DNA of 64,000 nt from Candidatus Micrarchaeota archaeon (lineage in GTDB: Archaea; Micrarchaeota; Micrarchaeia; Anstonellales; Bilamarchaeaceae). A model generated the notes under the pieces. It was given only the letters and a program-made list of their open reading frames with translations, was not told where the DNA came from and ran no database searches. The position numbers and the translations under genes are program-made. Shown here piece by piece: positions 1-9,703 of the stretch (its first letter is position 1; each line of letters begins with the position of its first letter). The stretch covers positions 7,015 through 71,014 of the forward strand of contig JAHJCT010000024.1 in the NCBI GenBank assembly GCA_018812715.1, given 5' to 3'.

Positions 1-1612
1 ATAATAACTCTTAATCCAGTTACATTTTTCAATTCAAGAATTGCATCTTTTATTTGTTTTTGATTAAATGAGTTTACTACTCTGACTTCAGCGCCCATTG
101 CTTTTGCCACTTCTTCAATTTTAATTGACTGTACTGCTTCACCTACACCGGTTATACCTGTTCCTGGATTTGGCTGATGGCCCGTCATTGCAGTAAATGA
201 ATTGTCCATTACAATGATTAAAGGAGTTTTATGATCATTAAATTTCAAATTGGCAAGAGCAGACATACCAGAATGGAAAAAAGTTGAATCTCCTATAAAT
301 GCAATTATTTCTTGATCACTAACCATACTAATTCCATGAGATATGCCGAGACTTGCTCCCATACTGACAATAAAATCTTGCATATTGAATGGTTCAAAAA
401 TTCCCAAAACATAGCAGCCAATATCACCGGCAAAAACAGCATTTTCACCAAAAACATCCTTCACTGCATAAAAAGTAGATCTGTGTGGGCAACCTGGACA
501 AAGTACTGGTTTTCGTGGTGGTAAACCTTTTATTGAGACAGTTGTTTGCTTTTTATGTGCTGCAAAGTTTATGCCGCATTTTTTCTTAAAGACTTTTTCA
601 AATGCAGGCATCATTACTTCCAGATTATATTCACCATAATTTGGAAGAAGAGCTTTGCCATGCACAGCAAGTTTTGGATTAACATCTTTTGCCAACATTT
701 TAACTTCATTTTCAACAATTGGCTCAAGTTCTTCTAAGACAAGAACTGCTTTTTTATTTTTAATAAATTGCTTGATGAAATTTCTTGGTGTTGGGTAAGT
801 CAAAGTAAGTTTAGCCATAGGAGGATTGATTCCTAGCATGTGAAACAATTCTTTTGCATACTCAAAACTCACACCAGAAGCAATGACCCCAATGTTTCCT
901 TTTCCTTTGAATACTTTATTGAGTTTAGCATACTTCTTTTCTATTTTGTTCAATTTTCCATCTATTTGCTTATGGAGTTCTTGAAGGTTTGGTCGGATAT
1001 TGTAGTATCTGGATTTATCTTTCACAAATTTGCCTTTTAGTTTTGGTTTTTTTATTTTCCCTAATTTTACAGTGCCAATGGCGTGGCTTACCTTTGTTGT
1101 TGTCCTCAGGAAAAAAGGCAATTCAAATTCTTCTGAAATGTCAAAGGCTAGTTTCGTTAGATCAAGACATTCCTGCGGATTGCTCGGTTCTAGTACTGGC
1201 AGTCTCATCATTCTTGCATAGTACCGGGTATCCTGTTCAGATTGCGCTGAACTCCAGCCATATGGATCATCAGCCACCATCAAAACAAATCCGCCTTTTA
1301 CTCCTGAATAAGCAACAGGTGAAACTGAATCGCTTGCAACATTGAGGCCAAAATGTTTCATTGCAGTTAGTGATCTGACGCCAGACCAGGCTGCTCCTGC
1401 AGCTGTTTCAAATGCAACTTTTTCATTTGACGAATATTCAAATAAGAATCCGCATTCTTTTGCTATCCCAGCAAGGGTGGTTGGAACTTCTGAACTTGGT
1501 GTTCCAGGATAAGCTGCAACAACCCCAACACCTGCTTCAAGTGCTCCTCGTGCAATTGCTTCGTTCCCCAAAAGCACAACATTTTTTCCAGCTTTTTCTA
1601 GAACATTCATGC
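1..1612 (-). CDS. iorA: Indolepyruvate:ferredoxin oxidoreductase alpha subunit (IorA). The start codon is at 1612. The gene runs off the window start, so the C-terminus is missing.
   Basis: The reverse-complement translation starts MNVLEKAGKNVVLLGNEAIARGALEAGVGVVAAYPGTPSSEV. It continues through a TPP-enzyme body and a CPGCPHRSTFYAVK Cys motif. The ORF track missed it because the frame is open at the window edge. Confidence 0.8.
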
Positions 1613-1852
1613 TGATAACTCAGTTTTACTATTTAAAAAATATATCTAGACATGATCGCCACATATAGTAAAAGCTAAAGAAAACAAAAATAGAATCATG
1701 ATTGGTAAGCGCTTCATTCTGCTTGCATAATTCGTGCAAACCAACTACATGCCGGTTTTAATCGGAATCTTTCTTGTGAAGGCACGCAGGTTCAAGGTCA
1801 GCTTATCGAATATTATTATATATTTTAAGGTGTTCGATTCTGATTATCATGT

Positions 1853-2392
1853 ATGTTCAAACTAAAAAGAATTCATACACCAAGGTCAGGACCTAAGATT
1901 GCGAATACTACTAGGTTTGAGCTGCCAGAACCAAAATATGAGATATCATCATCCAAAAATCTGGCACTGGATGCTTCAACCATGCTTCAGCCATACAACA
2001 TGCAAGAGCCAAATCAAAAATCAGAAGCAACAGAAATCTCCAGGTTAAAGATTATTGAGGCTCGGAAAAAACCTGCATGTAAAGGAAAACTCAATGATTT
2101 CCTGGACAAGTATCTGGGTCTAATTATTGGAGTGCCGGTAGTCGCCGCTGGTATTGTTGGTGCGTATCTATCACTAAAATTCAATATTGCCAGTAGCCAC
2201 TTATTCGGTCCAATCCATTCGGAAACAAGGGATGCTATTGGCAATGTTCTCCTCGGGTTTGGGACCGGTGCTCTTGCGATGAATAGTGCAATGCTTACTA
2301 TTCTTTTCGTATCAAGCGGCGTCTCAAAATTGCTCCATAAAAAAGAAACTGGTGTGGAAGGGAAAGAGGGACAATGTAGCGCTTCCGAGTAG
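1853..2392 (+). CDS. Hypothetical small membrane protein with two hydrophobic segments. The start is uncertain.
   Basis: 179-aa ORF with hydrophobic stretches LGLIIGVPVVAAGIVGAYLSL and LLGFGTGALAMNSAMLTILFV. No recognisable motif. Confidence 0.3.
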   Translation: MFKLKRIHTPRSGPKIANTTRFELPEPKYEISSSKNLALDASTMLQPYNMQEPNQKSEATEISRLKIIEARKKPACKGKLNDFLDKYLGLIIGVPVVAAGIVGAYLSLKFNIASSHLFGPIHSETRDAIGNVLLGFGTGALAMNSAMLTILFVSSGVSKLLHKKETGVEGKEGQCSASE

Positions 2393-2595
2393 AATCAATC
2401 ACTTGATCGCAAAAAGGTCGAAAAATTCCACCATTTGAACCGCTCTTGATTTTCAATAATAAGAAATTCATCTCGAAAGATCTTATGGAGTTGTGTAAGA
2501 AAAAAGCCTGGTAAGGGACCTGAACCTCTAGTGCATATCCCTGCTTATTTGGGCAATATGTAGTATTTTTGTATAGCATGTTGACTTTTTTATTT

Positions 2596-3819
2596 CTAGG
2601 CTCTGAGTCTCTTGAATAGATTATCTTTGATTATTTTGACCAAAAATGCGTTTAATTTTGAATCATTTCTCTGTCTGGCCAATTTGGTGAAAGAGAGGTA
2701 TTCCTCTCTCGTATTCGAATAAATATTCATTAATGGAAAACCTTGTTTTAATAGGACATAGTTCCAGATAAGCCTTGTTGTTCTGCTGTTCCCGTCCTCA
2801 AAAGGATGGATATGCTGGAATTCATTATGAACAAAAGTAGCAAATTCGATTATTTCTTTCATTGTATGCTTCTTTGAAATGAAATCGTTTATCTTTTTGC
2901 ATAGTTCATCCAGTTTAGGGAAAATCTCGGAAAAATGTGATACCTTGTAAAACGGATTTCCTTTGATGGAGACACGTGTGGACCTGATGCCTTCTCTAAC
3001 CCCAAGGTTATAGACTATGATCCTGTGGAGGTCCAGGATCAAATCTATAGAAATATCCTGTTCCAGGTGAGAGATGAGATAATTGACTGCATTATAGTAA
3101 TTTTTCACTTCATTGGCTTCTTTCAGTTTTTTGTCCTTTGGAATGATATCGTGGAGGATGAGCTCTCTTGATTCATCCAGAGTAAAGGTGTTGCCCTCCA
3201 ATTGCGTTGATGCAGATGCAAACTCTATCTTCAATTCCTCCTCAACATCTGCGAGGTCGATATCCTTCTTGCGGATTTTTAATTTTTTTAATAATGATTC
3301 TATTTCAAGATAGTCTGATTTTGAAATCGCTACTGTTTGTTTGGATACCTCCGGTTTTTTTAGTCCGGAAAAATCAAGAACATCATCAAAAACCGGATCT
3401 CTCACGAATTTGACTATGAGCGGCTTTTTGGAGATCACGAACAAGAGATTTACTCTATTGAGATAAGTGAGATATTTCCGGACTGTTTTGTAGTTTAGAT
3501 CCTTGAAATCTGAAAGTCTGACTTCCTCTTTGGACAAACCAACAGAGACAATTTTCGCTAATTCCTCGGAGAGAAGTACATTCGGGTTGATACCCTTGTT
3601 TTTGCAGAACTTCATGATTTGAAAGGCTAACCAGGTCCTGGAATTCTCTTTATTTGGCTTATAAGTATTGTCTTCCTGGACTACCAACTCGAGTGCCATT
3701 AACTCCTTCAGCCTTTGTCTGACTGATGATGGCGATGAACCGATAGTTTTTGAGAGTTTGGTAAGCCTGGCCTCTTTGATTTGGAACAGGCCAAAGAGAA
3801 CATCCCACTTTGTTTTCAT
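2596..3819 (-). CDS. Fic/Doc (Fido) family protein with an N-terminal winged-HTH domain. Putative AMPylating toxin or regulator.
   Basis: HPFEDGNSRTTRL matches the Fic core motif HxFx(D/E)GNGRxxR. The N-terminus has an HTH-like segment, SVRQRLKELMALELV. Confidence 0.8.
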   Translation of the reverse strand: MKTKWDVLFGLFQIKEARLTKLSKTIGSSPSSVRQRLKELMALELVVQEDNTYKPNKENSRTWLAFQIMKFCKNKGINPNVLLSEELAKIVSVGLSKEEVRLSDFKDLNYKTVRKYLTYLNRVNLLFVISKKPLIVKFVRDPVFDDVLDFSGLKKPEVSKQTVAISKSDYLEIESLLKKLKIRKKDIDLADVEEELKIEFASASTQLEGNTFTLDESRELILHDIIPKDKKLKEANEVKNYYNAVNYLISHLEQDISIDLILDLHRIIVYNLGVREGIRSTRVSIKGNPFYKVSHFSEIFPKLDELCKKINDFISKKHTMKEIIEFATFVHNEFQHIHPFEDGNSRTTRLIWNYVLLKQGFPLMNIYSNTREEYLSFTKLARQRNDSKLNAFLVKIIKDNLFKRLRA

Positions 3820-3917
3820 GTATAATTAATGGATAAAAAGGTTTATAAAAACTACTATTTTCCATCAAAAGTAAACTTTTATTAACAATCAGTACGTTAT
3901 TGCACTAAAAATAAATA

Positions 3918-3934
3918 AAAGCCGGGTAAGGGCG
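3918..3934 (+). repeat. Copy of the direct-repeat motif aaagccgggtaagggcg. The other copies are at 2503-2518 and 17181-17197.
   Basis: A 15-nt exact match with 17181-17195, and a 14/15 match with aaagcctggtaaggg at 2503-2517. All three are intergenic and in the same orientation. Confidence 0.5.
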
Positions 3935-4064
3935 TCATTCACTTAGCACAAATCCCCGCATTTTCATACAACATCATGCATGTATATGCAATATGTTGCA
4001 TAACTAGTATTTAACTATTTCGTGCCGACAAAAGGGGTATTTACACAAATCAAACAGGGATCAT

Positions 4065-5081
4065 ATGGCTAGAAACTCATTTACCTTTCAGGATTTTCGA
4101 CAAGCTAGATGCTTTGTTAGATTGATATTCAAAGAGTACGGCAAAGCTGGGGGAGAGGTTGGTCATATTGTTTTTGGAGAAGATATGTTAGGAGTAAAAA
4201 CGGAAAACAATGTCCTTTTCATTGAAGGAAACAATTCAGAAGTTGACAAATGGAAAGAAAGATACGAAAATTTCAAACCGACAGAAAGAGAATTCGAGTA
4301 CTATTATCCTTGCTGGTCCATATATGGCCCTTTAAGAGATTCGAAAATTATTGTTGGGGGATATAGTATACTTCCATGTGAAAATCAAGAAGACTATCCA
4401 AGAACTGGAAAATTAATCGTTGCCCTGACTTTCAAAGTGAAAGCATATGATGAGTCTGAGGCGCTTGAGATCGGATACTTTGAGGTTAGAAAAATACTCC
4501 CCATCATCTCCACTTTGCTTGGAGTTTGGATGGGACCAATTGAACGGGCTGTTAGTGGTATGCGGCTTACTAGTATAGGTTCTCTAAATCCAGAAGGCAT
4601 TCATTATAAAATATTGAAAAACACAACAGAATTTTCTGGAGATTCGAAAGGGTGGAGAAAAATTGATGTGGCAAAGGCAAGAAACCTATTTAGTAGGTAT
4701 AGTGAACTTCCAAAACCAAAAAAGGAGAGGTTTGAATCCGCATGTAGAGCGTATAACCTTGCACAACAGTTTTCCGGGATATACCCGGGGTTAGGTGGAG
4801 GTTGCCTTAGGAGTTGTTTAGATACTCTGACATATGGAAAGGCAAGAAATGTCCTAAAAGTAAAGTACAAAGAGGGTAAACTATATTCAGATATTTCGAA
4901 TGTGTTCCATAATGACATTATCCCAGAACATTCCATAAAACACTTTATGGGCCAGACCGAGTTTGAATTGTTCCCTGAAAAGCACATTGAAGATGCAAAT
5001 AGGTTTAAAAAAAGAAAATGGAGGCTGTACGATATTGTTCATCAGGAAATTGAGGAATTTCTAATAGGACATACAGGTTGA
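4065..5081 (+). CDS. Hypothetical protein of 338 aa with no recognisable motif. Cargo gene of the island.
   Basis: Long ORF sitting divergent to fic. No motif recognised by eye. Confidence 0.5.
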   Translation: MARNSFTFQDFRQARCFVRLIFKEYGKAGGEVGHIVFGEDMLGVKTENNVLFIEGNNSEVDKWKERYENFKPTEREFEYYYPCWSIYGPLRDSKIIVGGYSILPCENQEDYPRTGKLIVALTFKVKAYDESEALEIGYFEVRKILPIISTLLGVWMGPIERAVSGMRLTSIGSLNPEGIHYKILKNTTEFSGDSKGWRKIDVAKARNLFSRYSELPKPKKERFESACRAYNLAQQFSGIYPGLGGGCLRSCLDTLTYGKARNVLKVKYKEGKLYSDISNVFHNDIIPEHSIKHFMGQTEFELFPEKHIEDANRFKKRKWRLYDIVHQEIEEFLIGHTG

Positions 5082-5097
5082 AAACATTACAAAAATA

Positions 5098-5814
5098 TCA
5101 GGAGACGATTATACCTCCTTTTTCCCTTATCGCTTGATAAATTTTTATAAGGTCTCCAGCCGTAACAGATTTACAGTTAGTTGCTATCCTTCCATCTTTT
5201 GAGATGCTAATTGAGATATGTTCTCCATCATCTGTTTTCATTTCAATTGCAAGTGCAGTGGTATTTTTTGGATCGTAGGTAGGCGCTTGATGGACATTCA
5301 CACCAAATTCAGCTCGAACTTTAACTTCCCCTTCATTTACATCAGCCCACGATCCCCAGACATTGATGCAATCAATAGCTTGATAAATTTTTTCTAAATC
5401 GAAAGAGATTCTATTCATCTTGACTAGTTTTGTTTCTTCTAGCCTCTTGTTGAATTGTTTAGATATTTCTTTTGTTGCAGCGCAAATCAAAACTTGATCT
5501 TTATCATTTTTTATCGCCCAAAAGCGATAGACCTTTTGGTAGCCCCCCTCATGATATTTTGCAAATTCTTCTCCTTCGGGGCAAAATCTGATAGTTTCCT
5601 TGATAGTATCACTATAGTGAATGATATCAAAGGAGGCACCATCCTGAGTTTTTTTTACAAGCTTAATTTTCGTTACTGGAGTCCCAAGTTTATCTCCCAA
5701 TCCATATTCAGATGCTAGATCTTGTTGAAGAGGAAGAACCACTTCCCCACGTTTTTCTATAATTGATTCTAAATCAAATTTTTCTATAGCGAAAATTGAA
5801 ATTGCAATTCCCAT
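5098..5814 (-). CDS. Hypothetical protein of 238 aa. Second gene of a two-gene cassette.
   Basis: ORF on the minus strand, 4 nt downstream of the 5819-6490 ORF on the same strand. No motif recognised. Confidence 0.5.
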   Translation of the reverse strand: MGIAISIFAIEKFDLESIIEKRGEVVLPLQQDLASEYGLGDKLGTPVTKIKLVKKTQDGASFDIIHYSDTIKETIRFCPEGEEFAKYHEGGYQKVYRFWAIKNDKDQVLICAATKEISKQFNKRLEETKLVKMNRISFDLEKIYQAIDCINVWGSWADVNEGEVKVRAEFGVNVHQAPTYDPKNTTALAIEMKTDDGEHISISISKDGRIATNCKSVTAGDLIKIYQAIREKGGIIVS

Positions 5815-5818
5815 AAGC

Positions 5819-6490
5819 TCACCAAATTTTTAATAACACCCCTAGCTGCTCTCTCATTTCGGAAAAATTAATTGCTGATAGGGCAGTTTCAGTTTTAGAA
5901 AATCGTATTGAAGATGCATTATCCTTAGATTGAACGATTTGGAGTCTGTCTAAGGTATATCCGGAAAATTTCGGATGATATAGTTCGCACCAATACTTCG
6001 GCAAAAAGAGATTGATGTTAATGGAAGTAAGAGACACATTTGCAATTGACATAAGTCTTTCAGACTTAGAAGCTAGTTTGTTGAAGTCCATTATAACTGA
6101 GGATATACCAGTATTAATTTCGGTTGTTTCAAAATGGACATGGTCATCCCCAAGATAATGGAAGAGATAATTTATGGACCCGTCTTGAATTTCAATCTTA
6201 TTTTTTGCTATAATATTTTTTCTAAACTTTGTTCCGAATTCTTTCGAGAAAAATGTGACCATCTTGTTCTGAAAAGAGGGAAAATCCATTGATAGATTAT
6301 AGTCAATGATTACTCGCATTCTTATAGGGGCGTTTGATAATTTTGCAACTGCTTTCCTAAATTTATTGACGATTTTTAAATTGTGTTCAACTATTATAGG
6401 GATAACTATGGAAGCTGTCCATATGAGAACATCAATTCCATTTTTCAGAAGCACATCTTCTGAAGGTAATTCCATAAAATATTGATACAC
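5819..6490 (-). CDS. Hypothetical protein of 223 aa. First gene of the two-gene cassette.
   Basis: ORF. It forms a tight operon with 5098-5814. Confidence 0.5.
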   Translation of the reverse strand: MYQYFMELPSEDVLLKNGIDVLIWTASIVIPIIVEHNLKIVNKFRKAVAKLSNAPIRMRVIIDYNLSMDFPSFQNKMVTFFSKEFGTKFRKNIIAKNKIEIQDGSINYLFHYLGDDHVHFETTEINTGISSVIMDFNKLASKSERLMSIANVSLTSININLFLPKYWCELYHPKFSGYTLDRLQIVQSKDNASSIRFSKTETALSAINFSEMREQLGVLLKIW

Positions 6491-6601
6491 AGAATATTTG
6501 TTATTTCTATCATTTATTGTAACTAGGATACAACATGTTGCACAAATGAATAAATCGTGTTGAAACCATCAACTTATCATGTTAGGATTTGAGGTGATAA
6601 G

Positions 6602-6907
6602 TTGGTATTCAAACGTCTGATTCTGCTTCTCCTGGCGGGAAGCCTGGCCTTTGCTGAGTTCAGCATCCCTGCTGATCAGCCCATATGCAACCTATACGGG
6701 ATGCTCAAGACATTTGGGACTGTCGTAGGCGTCCTTGTAGCTGCCTATGCTGGCTTCATGATAGCGAGCGTTACGGACCTGAAGGAGCGCAATGATGCCA
6801 AGGCCCTTCTGGGAGGTGTGGCAGTCGGTCTGATAGTGATCTGGATAGCTCCTTTGGTTATAACAAACCTCGTAGGAGCAGATAGCGTCTGCGGGTGGAC
6901 TTCCTGA
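6602..6907 (+). CDS. Small secreted or membrane protein with VirB2/TrbC-pilin-like topology (signal peptide plus two TM helices).
   Basis: Signal-peptide-like MVFKRLILLLLAGSLAFA, then two TM segments separated by a charged loop (DLKERNDAKA), with Cys near both ends. GC is much higher than in the flanking DNA. Confidence 0.45.
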   Translation: MVFKRLILLLLAGSLAFAEFSIPADQPICNLYGMLKTFGTVVGVLVAAYAGFMIASVTDLKERNDAKALLGGVAVGLIVIWIAPLVITNLVGADSVCGWTS

Positions 6908-7128
6908 TTGACCTTATTGGCATTTCTTCTGCCATAAAGTCGATAGCTATCTTTTTCTCAGTCATTATCCTAAGCTATGCAGGGATTGTCCTCATAACTA
7001 GCAAAGACCCGGTCTCAAGAAACGAATGGAAAGAAATTGCCAAGGGGGTCTTAATCGGCATTTCCGTCCTATTTCTTGGCCCAGTCATCTCTTCAGCACT
7101 TACAGGAGGTGGATATTGTGGTCCTTAG
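6895..7128 (+). CDS. Small two-TM hairpin membrane protein (VirB2/VirB3-like?). It starts at a GTG that overlaps the previous gene's stop.
   Basis: 77-aa ORF with two hydrophobic helices. It overlaps the upstream ORF by 13 nt, consistent with operon arrangement. Confidence 0.4.
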   Translation: MDFLIDLIGISSAIKSIAIFFSVIILSYAGIVLITSKDPVSRNEWKEIAKGVLIGISVLFLGPVISSALTGGGYCGP

Positions 7129-7942
7129 GCAGTTGGTCCTCTTTTTTGCCCTTGTTTCCATATCCGCAGCCTATCAATACCATGACTATGTGAAGGAAGG
7201 CAACTATCACGGTCCGGCATTGGTAAACGATTCCCTTCTAGACGACTGCCGTTTCCTTGAAGTGCCAGAAGTCATATGCAATACTACTGAAAGCGGAAAC
7301 CTGACGAAAGAGCAGGGGCGGCAGTTGATTCTCGATACATTGAATCCATCGATATCCGGCCTAGAATATAGGTTTTTCGAGCAACTGGATACGAAAGTCA
7401 AGAGCTCCCTGATGTTCAGAGTCATTGAGTTTGAGCCATATTCCAAAGACGAGCTGAAATCCCTTCTTCAGGTGGTCGCAAAAAGGACCCTGCTGGAAGA
7501 TTCCTGCGATAGCGAGGTATTGGGCAAAGTTGCCGAGCTCGGGGCATCCAATGAAGGAAACGCTCGATTCGCCATTTGGCTGCTTTTTTCCGCTGCCAAA
7601 GATGCCGAGGAGAGGAATTCCGAAAAGATAGAACTAGATGATGTTGTTAAGGCATACGAAAGGCTTGTCCCAATAAGAGCGCAAAACCAGAATGAAACCG
7701 GACTTTGCGAGGAGGAGCTGCTAATCCTGGATCTTCTGAAAGAAGGGGAGAAAGAATCATCCGAGATTTACGAGATAGTTCAGAAGAGGATAAATCGGTC
7801 AAAACGCCAGATTCGTAATTATCTCAGTTCTTTGGCCCAGAAGGGCCATATTAAGGGCCAGGAATTCGAGGGTACAAATTCAATGCTTAAACCAAAAGTG
7901 TATCGAGTTTGCCAGAGGAGATTGAATGAGGTTTACGATTAA
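7076..7942 (+). pseudogene. Orc1/Cdc6 C-terminal fragment (sensor, lid and winged-helix region). The Walker A and Walker B motifs are missing. A GTG at 7118 preceded by GGAGGTGG is a plausible start.
   Basis: EQLDTKVKSSLMFRVIEFEPYSKDELKSLL aligns with KLDTRIRSSLRFSEMEFKHYSEEELISIL of the intact Orc1 at 47043-48092. KRQIRNYLSSLAQKGHIKGQEFEG..LKPKVYRV aligns with KRQIRNYLDLLEKKGIIESEKFEADGILRPKVFRL of the same protein. No GxxGxGKT motif is present. Confidence 0.6.
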
Positions 7943-8170
7943 GAGAAATGTACGGACTTTCATTCGAAATTATGGCATGAGGTTGGAGGCCGGACTTATC
8001 GGAGAGCTTGAGAGTATGATTGAAAAAAAGCTATCTCGGGCCATTGAAAGGGCAAAGAGAAATGGCCGGACGACCATAAAAAATCATGATATATAAAAAT
8101 CTCATTATAATAAACCACTTAAATTTATTCTGGTTTTATTTAAAGGACGCTGATCTCAATCGTGATGGTA

Positions 8171-9700
8171 ATGGCTAAAGACAACGGAGCTAATTTAGGG
8201 TTTGAACAGAAACTCTGGCAGGCAGCAGACAAGATGAGAAACAATATGGACGCTGCCGAATACAAGCATGTAGTCCTTGGCTTGATTTTCCTCAAATATA
8301 TTTCTGATGCTTTTGAAGAGAAGCACAAGAAGCTTCTGGCAGAGAAAGCACAAGGAGCAGATCCCGAAGACCCTGATGAGTACAGGGCTGAAAATATCTT
8401 CTGGGTTCCCAAAGAAGCAAGATGGCATTATCTACAAGATAACGCAAAACAACCAACAGTTGGCAAGCTAATTGATGATGCCATGGATGCAATAGAGCGG
8501 GATAATCCCTCTCTAAAGGTTGTTTTGCCCAAGAATTACGCCCGCCCCGCCCTTGATAAACAACGATTAGGAGAACTAATCGATTTGATAGGAACAATCG
8601 GCTTGGGCGATTCGGAAAACCGCTCAAAGGATATTCTGGGCCGGGTATACGAGTATTTCCTCGGCCAGTTCGCCGATGCTGAAGGAAAGAAAGGAGGCCA
8701 ATTCTATACTCCGAGAAGCATTGTCAAGCTTCTTGTAGAAATGCTTGAACCATATAAAGGAAGGATCTATGACCCCTGCTGCGGCTCAGGCGGCATGTTT
8801 GTTCAGAGTGAAAAATTCATAGAAGCCCATGGTGGAAAACTTGGGGACATTTCCATATATGGGCAAGAGTCCAACCAGACCACCTGGAGATTATGCAAAA
8901 TGAATCTGGCGATCAGAGGCATTGACGCAAATATCCAATGGGGAGATAGTTTTCACAATGACCTTCAGAAGGATCTGAAGGCGGATTTCATCATAGCAAA
9001 TCCTCCGTTCAATGTCAGCGACTGGAAAGGAGAGCTTTTGAGGGATGATGTAAGGTGGAAATACGGGGTTCCACCGTCTGGAAACGCCAACTTCGCATGG
9101 GTCCAGCATTTCGTTCATCATCTATCACCAACAGGAATAGCCGGATTCGTATTGGCTAACGGTTCCATGTCCTCTAATACCTCTGGGGAAGGGGAAATTC
9201 GGAAGAGCCTGATTGAAGCAGATGTAGTGGACTGCATGGTCGCTTTGCCAGGTCAGCTTTTCTATAACACGATGATTCCGGCCTGCCTTTGGTTTACGGC
9301 AAGGGACAAGAAAAACCATAAGTTCAGGGACCGGAGGGGCGAAGTGCTATTCATAGATGCACGAAACATGGGCGTCATGGTCGACCGAAGACATAAGGAG
9401 CTCACAGATGAAGACGTCCAGAAGATCGCTTCAACTTATCATGCCTGGAGAGGCGAAGGGGGCAAGTATGAGGATGTCAAAGGCTTCTGCAAGTCGGCCA
9501 AGCTTGATGAAATAAGGAAGCATGGCTATATCTTGACTCCTGGACGCTATGTCGGTGCTGAGGAAGCAGAAGAGGATACGGAACCTTTCGATGAGAAAAT
9601 GAAGCGGCTGACGGGCGAGCTTTCGGAGCAGTTCAGTAAGTCTAAGGAACTTGAAGATGAAATAAGAAAGAATTTAGACGGGTTAGGGTGGAGAGTGTAA
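8171..9700 (+). CDS. hsdM: Type I restriction-modification N6-adenine DNA methyltransferase subunit (HsdM).
   Basis: NPPF motif in [16 protein letters not shown]-terminal HsdM_N-like segment [34 protein letters not shown]. The ORF is drawn from 8162 but the likely start is MAKDNG at 8171. Confidence 0.9.
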   Translation: MAKDNGANLGFEQKLWQAADKMRNNMDAAEYKHVVLGLIFLKYISDAFEEKHKKLLAEKAQGADPEDPDEYRAENIFWVPKEARWHYLQDNAKQPTVGKLIDDAMDAIERDNPSLKVVLPKNYARPALDKQRLGELIDLIGTIGLGDSENRSKDILGRVYEYFLGQFADAEGKKGGQFYTPRSIVKLLVEMLEPYKGRIYDPCCGSGGMFVQSEKFIEAHGGKLGDISIYGQESNQTTWRLCKMNLAIRGIDANIQWGDSFHNDLQKDLKADFIIANPPFNVSDWKGELLRDDVRWKYGVPPSGNANFAWVQHFVHHLSPTGIAGFVLANGSMSSNTSGEGEIRKSLIEADVVDCMVALPGQLFYNTMIPACLWFTARDKKNHKFRDRRGEVLFIDARNMGVMVDRRHKELTDEDVQKIASTYHAWRGEGGKYEDVKGFCKSAKLDEIRKHGYILTPGRYVGAEEAEEDTEPFDEKMKRLTGELSEQFSKSKELEDEIRKNLDGLGWRV

Positions 9701-9703
9701 AGG

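Noticed and set aside
312-1615. Several plus-strand ORFs of 60-118 aa (312-524, 546-737, 840-1040, 989-1345, 1412-1615).
   Set aside because: They lie antisense to, and entirely inside, the clearly coding minus-strand iorA gene. Their translations are low-complexity and motif-free, so they are spurious.
2298-2579. 93-aa minus-strand ORF between the 1853 ORF and fic.
   Set aside because: It overlaps the end of the plus-strand ORF, has no motif and an odd composition, and contains one copy of the aaagcctggtaaggg repeat. It is more likely non-coding.
8140-8627. Minus-strand ORFs overlapping the 5' part of hsdM.
   Set aside because: They are antisense to a strongly supported HsdM coding frame and show no motifs.
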